This document shows, in pieces, positions 1-9,704 of a stretch of DNA of 64,000 bases; the first letter of the stretch is position 1; each line of letters begins with the position of its first letter. The stretch is from Guillardia theta CCMP2712 (Eukaryota; Protista; Cryptophyta). Under the pieces are notes generated by a model that was given only the letters and a program-made list of their open reading frames with translations, ran no database searches and was not told where the DNA came from. The stretch is taken from the NCBI RefSeq assembly GCF_000315625.1, contig NW_005434649.1, forward strand, positions 495,828-559,827, written 5' to 3'. The translations under genes and the position numbers were made by a program.

Positions 1-29
1 ACTAATAAATTTGTTTATATGGTTTTTAC

Positions 30-335
30 TCACTTATGTGGAGTATTAGCTTCATTCTTTTCCATAATCTTTTTCTGATAATACCTCCTACTTTGCTCCT
101 TAATTCGTTCCCTATATTCTGGATCATTTTTGTACCTCTCATTCCTATATTTACGGATACTCTCATTAACTTTTTCTCTAAATTCAGGATTTGTCTCATA
201 CCGTATTCTATTGCATCTGTTTATTACATCATACACAACTGTCTTTATTGTTCCATCATCCTTCCTCCGTTGAATAAACTCTTTTGATTTCTTCCGGCTA
301 TACTCTCTCTCCGCTGCTCTCTTCTCCTCTTCCAT
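30..335 (-). CDS. Small basic/charged hypothetical protein, virus-like (RYETNPEFRE / RYKNDPEYRE repeats)
   Basis: 101-aa ATG-initiated intronless ORF with AT-rich codons and a duplicated RY(K/E)x(D/N)PE(F/Y)RE motif, reminiscent of small proteins of large DNA viruses. Confidence 0.6.
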   Translation of the reverse strand: MEEEKRAAEREYSRKKSKEFIQRRKDDGTIKTVVYDVINRCNRIRYETNPEFREKVNESIRKYRNERYKNDPEYRERIKEQSRRYYQKKIMEKNEANTPHK

Positions 336-378
336 GTTATTTATAACTATATATGGGAATTGTTTATGTATTTATTGG

Positions 379-930
379 TTATCTACACAATGATTTCATG
401 CTGTTTTCTATTGTCTTGAGAAAATTAATTCTATTCTGTCTTGTGAAGGTCTTTATGTCATTAAAAGAACCCTTCAGTTTATTTATTATTGACACTACAT
501 CATCCTTATCCTTCTCTTGTGCTTGTTTCAACTTTTTATTCTCTGCTTTTAAATCTTCTATGATCTGTTTATTCTTCTTTATCTCATTCTTCAGGTCACG
601 ATTCGCCCCCATCAGATGTGCATTGTGTATAGATAAGATCGCATTCTCTCTTCTTTCTGTATCATTCCGCAAGTCTTGAAAGATTTGTACAAACTCTGAG
701 ATCACATCTGAATATGTTCTCTCTTTGTCTTCAATTTCATTTATCATCGCATAATCCTTGTATGTAAACCTCAATACATGTTCTTTTGTGTATTGCGATT
801 CACATAGCTTTATACGGTTATTGTATCTACATAAAGGACATTGAAACAATATTACTGGGTAATATTCTTCATTATACTTCACTATATTCTTATCTCTACC
901 ATCTATCATATTATTCACATCATAATACAA
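379..930 (-). CDS. Hypothetical protein with CxxC motif and C-terminal coiled coil, virus-like
   Basis: 183-aa ATG-initiated intronless ORF containing FQCPLC and a heptad-rich C-terminus (NRDLKNEIKKNKQIIEDLKAENKKLK). Confidence 0.6.
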   Translation of the reverse strand: MYYDVNNMIDGRDKNIVKYNEEYYPVILFQCPLCRYNNRIKLCESQYTKEHVLRFTYKDYAMINEIEDKERTYSDVISEFVQIFQDLRNDTERRENAILSIHNAHLMGANRDLKNEIKKNKQIIEDLKAENKKLKQAQEKDKDDVVSIINKLKGSFNDIKTFTRQNRINFLKTIENSMKSLCR

Positions 931-1578
931 TGCAGCTTGCTCTGATAAATCTTTTAACTCATAATGTGATAAGATCTCATTTATTCTTTCATTCGATCTG
1001 AATGAATCAAATAATATAGAATATATTATAGTACACTAGTAGTATATGTAAATGTATTTTTAGAAATCATGCATTTTAATAGTATTCATGCATTTTATCT
1101 TTTGGTCTTTAAATTTAAGTTGTAATGAAATTCGAAATAGATGGGATTTTGCATTTCACTTATGCATTTTTAGTGCTTTTATGCATATTGGTCTTTAAGG
1201 TCTTTAATATAAATGAGGCTATTTCGGCCTAGTCGGGGCGACTAATTAGGAAGTCGAGGACCCACCCCCTGCCCCCGATCTGACGATTTGCAGAGGCTGC
1301 CAGGTACTGAAGATTCACGCCGGTCCACACCGGCACCGGTAGTTACTGGGGCCAGAAAACACCGGTCTGAAGGGGTGGGCACCCACCCTCGAACCAGCAA
1401 AGTGACTTCACAAGGAGTCCCATTACCACCCCTACCCCCTCTTCTTAGTTCCTACTAGGCTCCTCTTGCTAGTGGCTCTGCATTTCTTGAGAGGATGGTT
1501 GGCGCGGGCAATTCGCCATGATCAGAGGTCGCCGTGCGCTGAGGACGTAGGAAGATTGAGCGAGCTTCAGCTGAAGTG

Positions 1579-4500
1579 ATGGAGATGGAACAGAAGTACA
1601 AGGAACTGCAGGAACTCTTGCAGCAGCGAGAGCAAGATCTCATGGCCGCTACCGACATAGGGGAAATGCTGCTGGAGCGAAACAGGAGCCTGAACGACAA
1701 GATCAATGCCCTAACCCTTAGAATCCAAGAGATGGAAGAAGAAAGATTGTGTGCTTCAGCATCTGACGAAGATGAGAACATGAGAACCTCGTTGGAGCTT
1801 GAGCATGAGACTGAGCTCTCAAGTAGAGTTTTCCGGCGTGAAACCTCGCTTCAAGATGCTGTGGGAGAGCTCAACAACTCCCTCATCATCAACGACAAAC
1901 TTCGCAGTATCATCCAGCGCCTGGAAAGCACAATATCTGAGATGTCATACCAGTCTGCGGAGGCAACAGCCTTCATGTCCTGGAAGCTGTCGACGGACCG
2001 ATCACACAGGAGCAAATTGAAAGAAGAGCTACAATCGCTAGAGAGGCAGCTTGATGACACTAGTGCGTTATGGAAGCAAGGAAACGATCAATCCATGACA
2101 GAGATATCCAAGCTGCAAGCTCTCAACTCCGATCTTCGTCGGCAAGTAATGGATCTGTCATCCGAAAATGAAGAACTCCAAAAGAAATTAAAAGAAGAAA
2201 GATCCAGGAGCCATGACGTCTCGCAAGCCCTGAAGAAAGAACATGTCCAGGTCACCACACTCACTGATGACCTTCACAGATCCAAGACAGTGATGCTGCA
2301 GCAGAAAGAAGATTTCAGCAAGCAGATCTCAACGCTCGAGGCACAGCTAAAGATTGTGCATGAGGAACTTGCACAGAAGGAAAGCACCTGTCAACAGCTG
2401 CGAAGTGATTTAGATGAAAGCAAGAGCGGATATCATGTCCTTGCTCATGTACTGCAGCAAACAATCGATAATGTGAAGGCTGAACAGCACCAGATGGAGG
2501 AGGATAGGGTATGTTGGAGGCAAGCTTCCAATCAAATGGAAGTTATCCTTCGATCGATGGATGATCAATCAGCAAAGCTACACCAGCAGATGAACTTCAT
2601 TGTGTTGAATGCCTCCACCTTGACTGAATCCACAAGAAATGGGATCTCTAAGATTGCTGATCTTTCAGAAGAATGCAGCTCTGTGTTAAAGGAGGCAAAT
2701 CAATATCTTGATTCGGAAGTCAAGCAGTCGATGAATTTGCGTGATCAACTCATGGAAACTATGAAAGTCAAATGCGATGCTGAGCAAATGTATAAAATTG
2801 AAGCTCAGAATATGTATGCAGTAATAGCATCTTTGAACGATACCATTTCCAACTTCGAGAACCAGATATTCAGCAAACTTCAAGCTGTAATTGATGAAAA
2901 TGCTTCATCCGCTGTAAAGTTGGAAAATGTTTACTCTTTTTCCGATAACAAGCTGGGCAATATTTGCAGGGCATTGGAGTCAGATATTGAACACGCTCTC
3001 TCGACCCTGAAATCTGCACAAGATGTTTCAAGCTCCAAAATGAGTGCGAGTGTACAAAATCAGAATGAAAGAAAAGCTTTGATGGATGAAATAATCCATT
3101 TGAAGGAATTAACGAATCTTCATGACAAACAAGTCGCAGATGTCATCGTTCCCCTGAAATCTTTAAGCTCAAGATATTTGGTGCAGCAGGCAGACATTGA
3201 TGTCAAGGAGTTGGCGACACTCGTGAACGAGCTTTCACGGTCAGCCGAAACCGAAGTGCTATTGACGTCAAAAGCACTTCAAAGTCTTGAGCATGAAATA
3301 GAAGCGATTTCCAGAACTCAGTCTGAAATCATGTCAAGGTATAAGAACCAAAGGGAGGAAACAACATCGACCTTCACGACATTCCAGAACCAGTTGAGAA
3401 TCCTCGAGAAGAAGGAGATTCAATTTGAGCAAATTACAGAACAGATCACACACTACCTCGCTCAAAAAGAAGCTGAATGCTCCAGCCTCACACTCGAAGT
3501 ACTAGAGGCAAGACAAAAGATGGCAGAGATGGAGAAGGTGGTGCAAGAAGAAAACGCTTTAGCTGATGATTGGGAATCCAAACTAGAAAATGAGAAGCGA
3601 AATCTCGAGCTTGCTCTGAGCTCGGCTCAACTAGCAGAGCATGGCCAACGAAAGGAATTAAACCAGACAAAGACACAGCTGGAAGAGACAAGGGCAGAGA
3701 TGGAGGGGACGAGGTCAGAGCTGGAGGGGACGAGGGCAGAGCTGGAGGGGACGAGGACGGAGCTGGAGGGGACGAGGACGGAGCTGGAGGGGACGAGGAC
3801 GGAGCTGGAGCAGACCCGAAAGGCGCTGGCAGCATCGGAGGCCGAGTGCCTGAGGCTCACGTCAGAGGCGCACAAGGAGATGTCGGAGACGGCGAGGGCT
3901 GCGGAGGAGGAGAAGACCATGATGCGACAGGCTCTAGAGAGGACGAGGACTGAGCTGGAGGGGACGAGGGCAGAGCTGGAGGGGACGAGGGCAGAGCTGG
4001 AGGGGACGAGGGCAGAGCTGGAGGGGACAAGGGGAGAGCTGGAGGGGACGAGGACGGAGCTGGAGGGGACGAGGACGGAGCTGGAGGGGACGAGGGCAGA
4101 GCTGAAGGGGACGAGGACGGAGCTGGAGCAGACCCGAAAGGCGCTGGCAGCATCGGAGGCCGAGTGCCTGAGGCTCACGTCAGAGGCGCACAAGGAGATG
4201 TCGGAGACGGCGAGGGCTGTGGAGGAGGAGAAGACCATGATGCGACAGGCTCTAGAGGGGACGAGGACTGAGCTGGAGGGGACGAGAGCGGAGCTGGAGG
4301 GGACGAGGACGAAGCTGGAGGGGACGAGGACGGAGCTGGAGGGGACGAGGACGGAGCTGGAGGGGACGAGGACGGAGCTGGAGCAGACGCGACTTGCTCT
4401 GGTAGAGACTGCGAGGGCTGCGGAGGAACGGAAGCATTCAGATGAGCACTGGAGGGTAGGTTTTACATGTGAAGTTGTACGGTGTTGCAAGGAGATTTCA

Positions 4501-5877
4501 GGGTGTGTACACTGGATCAACGCGGAACTTGTAGTTTCCGATGTTGGGAGCGTTTTCTTGACACTGAGCGATCAACTAGAGAAGGTGCAGGGCGACCTGA
4601 ATCAGGTGCTGGGTCAGATCTTGTGCATTCAGAAGGACAACGCGATCTTGGACGAGGAGCTTCAGATCTTTGCGGAGGATGCCGAGTGCAGCTTCGAGGA
4701 GTTGTACCTCATGACGAAGGAGAAGGAGGAGCGGTGCAACAAGATGAACAGGGATGTGGCTGAACAGCGCTCCTGCATCCGGCAGCTTGGAAGTCTGCTG
4801 AAGGAGGCAGTAGACATAGGGCATATGGCCGGAGAGCTGGCGAGGAGATTGATGCGGCAACAACATGAGTTTGCTGAATTGGAAAAGAGCCTAACGATCT
4901 CGACGCGCCCTGAGGCCTCGATGTGCTTGCTGGGCAAGGATGCCTTCGCCCCTCGATCGCAGGAGGAGTTGGTGGAGGAGCTGAAGGAGGTGTGCGGGAA
5001 GTTGTTCTACGAGATGATGGAGGTGGAGAGGAGGTGGACGAGCAGGCGACAGCAGACGAGGGTTCCCCTCAGCCTGGCTCGGAGGTCGGAGGCTTCTTCC
5101 CTTGGCTCACAGGACTGCGAGTTGACGGACAGAGACTACCTCAGCCTCCTCTCGTGCGTTGAAAGGGATCTGCGACAAGCCTTTGCCCTGCTCCTGGAGT
5201 TCCGCTCCCCCGAATGTCTTCCGAGCAAGGGTTTGCAAGTGAGAGGCAGTGGAGGAGCCGGAGAAGGGCCGGGAGCCGTCAGTGCAGGCGCGGGCGAGCA
5301 TGTAGATGAGCGAGGGGGCAGCTCGGCTGCGATGCATGCGAGGCTGGAGGAGGCGAAGAGGCAGGTCAGGTACCACGAGGCCAAGAGGGAAGAGGTGCGA
5401 GCAGAGTTCAACCGGTTCAAGGAGATCTCCGCGTGCAGGGAGAAGGAGCTTCAAGGGCAGGTGAAGCTGCTGCAGGAGAAGTTGTCCTCGTACGAGAAGA
5501 GCATGGGAAGGAGCAGCGATACAGATCCTCAGGTCAGCCCAGACAGTTCGGCCCTCCGGGATCGGATGAGCTTCGTTGACACGCTGCACGGGCTGGAGAT
5601 CGAGGAGCTGTACTGCCAGATTCTGATCCTCACGCGCAATGGCAACCAGCTCATTGACACCATCGCTGATCTGCGGACCCAAAACTTTGTCGGAAGAGAC
5701 GAGAAGAACAACAGAATGGCCAAGATGAATGAGATCCGCCGGGAGATCCACGAGTACCTGTGCTTGTGTAGACAGCAGGAAGGCGAACTGATCGCAGACG
5801 ACCTTCGACGCGTCATGTCCAAGTCAAGGATCAAGCGTGACGGACACACGTCAGCCTACTCTACGGCTGTGAGATGA
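1579..5877 (+). CDS. Long coiled-coil protein with N-terminal HAP1/TRAK-like CC1 box and ELEGTRT heptad repeats
   Basis: 4.3-kb uninterrupted ORF (ATG at 1579), E/Q/K/L-rich heptads throughout; N-terminal LLQQREQDLMAATDIGEMLLERN. Confidence 0.85.
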   Translation: MEMEQKYKELQELLQQREQDLMAATDIGEMLLERNRSLNDKINALTLRIQEMEEERLCASASDEDENMRTSLELEHETELSSRVFRRETSLQDAVGELNNSLIINDKLRSIIQRLESTISEMSYQSAEATAFMSWKLSTDRSHRSKLKEELQSLERQLDDTSALWKQGNDQSMTEISKLQALNSDLRRQVMDLSSENEELQKKLKEERSRSHDVSQALKKEHVQVTTLTDDLHRSKTVMLQQKEDFSKQISTLEAQLKIVHEELAQKESTCQQLRSDLDESKSGYHVLAHVLQQTIDNVKAEQHQMEEDRVCWRQASNQMEVILRSMDDQSAKLHQQMNFIVLNASTLTESTRNGISKIADLSEECSSVLKEANQYLDSEVKQSMNLRDQLMETMKVKCDAEQMYKIEAQNMYAVIASLNDTISNFENQIFSKLQAVIDENASSAVKLENVYSFSDNKLGNICRALESDIEHALSTLKSAQDVSSSKMSASVQNQNERKALMDEIIHLKELTNLHDKQVADVIVPLKSLSSRYLVQQADIDVKELATLVNELSRSAETEVLLTSKALQSLEHEIEAISRTQSEIMSRYKNQREETTSTFTTFQNQLRILEKKEIQFEQITEQITHYLAQKEAECSSLTLEVLEARQKMAEMEKVVQEENALADDWESKLENEKRNLELALSSAQLAEHGQRKELNQTKTQLEETRAEMEGTRSELEGTRAELEGTRTELEGTRTELEGTRTELEQTRKALAASEAECLRLTSEAHKEMSETARAAEEEKTMMRQALERTRTELEGTRAELEGTRAELEGTRAELEGTRGELEGTRTELEGTRTELEGTRAELKGTRTELEQTRKALAASEAECLRLTSEAHKEMSETARAVEEEKTMMRQALEGTRTELEGTRAELEGTRTKLEGTRTELEGTRTELEGTRTELEQTRLALVETARAAEERKHSDEHWRVGFTCEVVRCCKEISGCVHWINAELVVSDVGSVFLTLSDQLEKVQGDLNQVLGQILCIQKDNAILDEELQIFAEDAECSFEELYLMTKEKEERCNKMNRDVAEQRSCIRQLGSLLKEAVDIGHMAGELARRLMRQQHEFAELEKSLTISTRPEASMCLLGKDAFAPRSQEELVEELKEVCGKLFYEMMEVERRWTSRRQQTRVPLSLARRSEASSLGSQDCELTDRDYLSLLSCVERDLRQAFALLLEFRSPECLPSKGLQVRGSGGAGEGPGAVSAGAGEHVDERGGSSAAMHARLEEAKRQVRYHEAKREEVRAEFNRFKEISACREKELQGQVKLLQEKLSSYEKSMGRSSDTDPQVSPDSSALRDRMSFVDTLHGLEIEELYCQILILTRNGNQLIDTIADLRTQNFVGRDEKNNRMAKMNEIRREIHEYLCLCRQQEGELIADDLRRVMSKSRIKRDGHTSAYSTAVR
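3688..4390 (+). repeat. Coding 21-nt tandem repeat (GAGCTGGAGGGGACGAGGACG; ELEGTRT) nested in a ~318-bp internal duplication
   Basis: Three arrays of the 21-mer separated by two near-identical blocks (CAGACCCGAAAGGCGCTG... at 3811 and 4129). Confidence 0.95.
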
Positions 5878-5894
5878 AGTCCAGGAACGAGTGA

Positions 5895-5957
5895 ATAGAG
5901 TAGAGTAGAGCACCGCAAAGTAGAGCAGAGCCGAGCCGAGCCGAGTAGAGTAGAGTG
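5895..5957 (+). repeat. (TAGAG/CCGAG)n pentamer microsatellite in the 3' region
   Basis: Directly visible tandem pentamers. Confidence 0.8.
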
Positions 5958-6148
5958 AGACTAGCGTGACGAAAGAATAGATGATCCTTCTTGAAAGGGC
6001 AGCAGATTGAATAAATCAGATCAAATTGAGTGTTGCTGGCGGATCTAGTCGCTGACAGTGAGTGTCCCTTCGAGCTTTCAACCTTTAATCCACTTCACTC
6101 CGATCACGAAATCTACAGCATCTCCACCTTCTCCTGCCTTGTAACTTC

Positions 6149-9100
6149 TCATTCAATCAGTCCTTCCAGAGGCCTTCTGTTTGTAGAGCCAGGCTTCTGT
6201 CCTGGAGCTGCAGCCATGTCAACGAGCAGGTAAGGCACGCATGGATTCTTACTCGTTGGCCGCCTCCTGCCCAAGGGCCCCTGGCTCCCACCTGCGGATC
6301 GGCTGTCCAGCAGCTGCAGATCCCAGTGAGTGAAGCCCCACTCCATCGCACACACTCACCGTCAGATCTGTGGTGGAGTACGAGCGATTCGCCGAGATAG
6401 ACTTGTCTTGCAATGCCTTGAGCAACTGACGCAGCTCTGCCATCTCCGACAGGTAGTAGCCAGCGTGCGATGGACGCAAGCCAACGGTACAAGCGTAGAC
6501 AGCGCAGTTTCCTTGCTCGCTAAACCTCTGACGGTCGCGGATCAAAGCAAACATGTCCTGTCAACCAGTCACAACAACAACGTATGGAGCACGGACACAC
6601 GTACCTCATCACTCCGATCATCACCCACACACAAGACGAAGTCGACCGGCTTCTTCTTCTCAATCGTCCTCAGAAGCAGCTCAACGGCGACCCCTTTGTT
6701 GATTGTCTTTGGTCGAACTTCAACGCGGCACTGGCCGGGAATGACGTCAACCTCGTCGCTCTCCAGGATGTCTTCGAGGTGATCTGTCAGCTCCCTTGCC
6801 TGCATGGCTCCCCAGTCTTGATCGCAATCAGCATAATGCCAAACCAACGAGCAAGCCTTTTCTTGAATGTATGTTCCATGTACTCTGTCTGTGTACATTC
6901 TCAACAACTTCCTTGCTCTTTCTTTCCACGAGAGATCAAGTTCCTCTGTCAAGTTCTCCCAGTTTGCTTTTCCCCATCTGTAGAAGCAGCCATTCTCAGC
7001 TGTAACCCCTAGATTTGCCCAGTACTGCTCCCAAGTCTCCTTGGGAAACCATTCTTGCACCATGGCCTTCTCCTGCGAGCTGAGCAAGAACACAGTGTTC
7101 CTCTCGTCCTTGGCCAGGGCCTTGATCGACTCGATGAAGTCCATGTCAGGTCGGCTCGGCGTCGCGCCTCGAGCGCCGTATCTTCTTGCGTCCACCATGA
7201 GATTTCCGACCAGAGAGTGCGGGGCATACGCAGAGCCATAGTCGAGCAGAATCACACGACGGCTGCTGCGTTTGTACTTCTCGACAACCTCCGGGATGTC
7301 AAGATGGGTATATACACAGTTGGCTTCCAGTCGAAGGAATCGACTGTCAGGGCCCAAGCCCAGTCCAGGAGTTCCACTATCTTCCTTGCGAGCGTTGGAG
7401 ATGTCGTTGAGGATCGAATGTGCCCACTTGTCAATGTCGTAATTTGATACGAACTGGTACAGACGCTTCAACCTGTGCTGCCTATCTGCCTGTGAGAGCT
7501 GCAAGGCTTTCTCGACGGCGTCTACCACGCAATCCACATTCCACGGATTCATAGAGAACGAACCCGAAAGAACGCGGGAGCATCCTAGGAATTCAGACAC
7601 GCACAAGGGAGCAGTTTGCTTCTCCGAGCACATGACGAACTCGAAGGGAGACCAGTCAAGACCAGTTCGTACAGAAGTATTCAAGTACAGCTGACCGAGC
7701 CCAAAGTATGCCAACCGGATTTTTGGGTTCTCCTCATAAGGGCCGATAAGTCTCACAGAGCCCGGAAATTCATCGTTAATTTTGCTTGCCAGCTCCTCAA
7801 TCTGCTCGAGTTCCTTCCTCTGGGACTCTAGCAATTCAGTCGCAGCGTAAGTGCTGTGAGAATGCTCAGATCAAAGTCAAATGATTCCATTCTGTTACCT
7901 ATACGGCCTCCTCAAGAGCTGGACGAGAACCAGTTTACCATACCAAACGTGCGAAGAAAACCTCATCAAAGTTTCGAAGGCCGTCAACTTCAAGCTGATG
8001 CCACTGAGGCGATCGATCTTGTCACAGCTTACGATGACAGTCTTACCGTCGAACTCCTACAGAGAGATTCACCCAAGACACGTGAAAAGGTCAGCATAAA
8101 CATTACCTTTTGAAGCTGCTCCTTAATGTTGACTACGTCTTGTGAGTCTCGGAGCTCGCGGGTGCCAGACACATCGAAGCCGATGAGACCACACCTGACG
8201 TTCACTCTCCGACCATTGAAGTCTACTCCAATGAGACCTCTTCTTGATCTGTGCTCGAGACCGAGCAACCGAGAGCAACAATGCAGGAAATGCCTTGCAT
8301 ACTCAAACAGATCGAAGCTGATCAGATCTGAGCAGAGCAATGCGCAGAGAAGCTCAATACGAACAGGAAGCACCCTAAAAACTTCGGTACTGGGGAAAAC
8401 AGACAAGAACGAGTATCCAATATGGGCAGAAGGGCATTTCCTGCTTGCATAGTGCGGAACCAACATCATTTCGTAATCCAAAACCCAAATGCGATCGGTG
8501 GGAGAGTGTGGTCCTCCTTGAGAGACTGGCATCAGCGCTAGATCCGAGTAGACCTTGTTCACTTTTTCGTATTCGTGCCACAATTCCCATTGCCAGCAAG
8601 ATTCACTTCCTTCTTCGGCCAGTTCAATGATATGGTGGAACAAAGGTGAAAGCACGCTCTGACAAAAAATATCGAAGACCCTGTTCGATTCAACGCACAT
8701 CAGATTGATGCAGAATGCAAAGAGTCCATGCATACCTGTAGGCGAGATTCTGATCCAAGAATACGGGATAGCAGCACCAATCCTTAATCAAACGCTCTTT
8801 CACTTGCGCTTGATCTTCTTCTGGAACATGGATGCCAATCCAACCTACATACTTGAAATTCCTCTTCCTGTAAAAATTTGTGTGTCACAATAGGATCGAG
8901 TCATTAACAGCGACACGACTGTTGGAAACAAAGAGAAGCGGGGAAAGAACGAAGAAAGAGAGGCCGAAAGATAGAGCAACTTGCAGCTTCACTGACTTGT
9001 TTCTCAGCTTCGACACAGCTCTAAGTTGATCCCACTCGAACTCGTACTTTCCAGAGCTCGTTTTAGTCACCTAAAGAGCGGTCAGACATCACTACACTGT

Positions 9101-9704
9101 CGCCTTGTATGCTGTTGAATACCTTGATTGGCAAAACAGCAGCGACAATCACAACGCCTTGGCTACCAACGTCATTGCCGACTGATTTCACTTTCTCATC
9201 CCTGGTTCCTTCTTTGGTTTTCACATCTTTGGACACAACATTGTTTTCCTTGCTCTTCAAGAACGTTCAAAGAAGCACACAAAATAGATGAAAAAGATAC
9301 CTGATCGCTCATCGGTGCAATCTGAACACCCACTCGTATACCGTTGAACCACCCATCGTCAACAATCATCATTTCAAGGGACGTCTTCAAACTTCTGTTG
9401 ACAGGGCCTGTCTCCCACAGCACTTCGCCATTCCTGAATATGATATACTTATACTCAAGTGAAAATCCCGAGTGAATCAGAGCAGTTCCCTCCCAAGCTG
9501 GGAACTTGTCAGCGGAAGTTTCAAGTTTGAAGCCCTTGTCGGTCTTCCAATACCCTGCAAGCACGGAACGAATCAGGACAGTCTTCATATGATGATGGCA
9601 TGAATACCAAGAATCGGAGCATTTCCAGTCACAAACACAGAGTCACCAAATTGTGTGTCAACACACACTCTGAATGTGACCCGCGTGAAAAGCCCACTGG
9701 TCAT
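6149..9704 (-). CDS. CBM20 + trehalose-6-phosphate synthase (GT20) + trehalose-phosphatase (HAD) fusion protein, multi-exon
   Basis: N-terminal CBM20 (RVTFRVCVDTQFGDSVFVTGNAPILG/YW...KLET...FPAW...LEYKY). GT20 motifs: IWVLDYEMMLVP, FPSTEVFRVLP, SEFLGCS, MNPWN. TPP motifs: AENG, LVWHY..D.D.G..QA.EL, VEVRP..INKG, FVLCVGDDRSDE, CTVG. ATG at 9704; the 3' end is approximate. Confidence 0.9.

Larger units (their letters stand above)
1..1250. mobile_element. AT-rich, intronless virus-like segment; probable right end of an endogenous viral / Polinton-like insertion
   Basis: Much lower GC than the host sequence after ~1250. It has two tightly packed intronless minus-strand ORFs, repeated ATGCATTTT / TGGTCTTTA motifs at ~1068-1205, and hairpins at the junction (1216-1250). 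No hallmark viral gene lies within the window. Confidence 0.55.

Noticed and set aside
3488-4520. Minus-strand ORFs rich in PSSSP / VPSSS
   Set aside because: Antisense shadows of the 21-nt coding repeat in the + strand gene.
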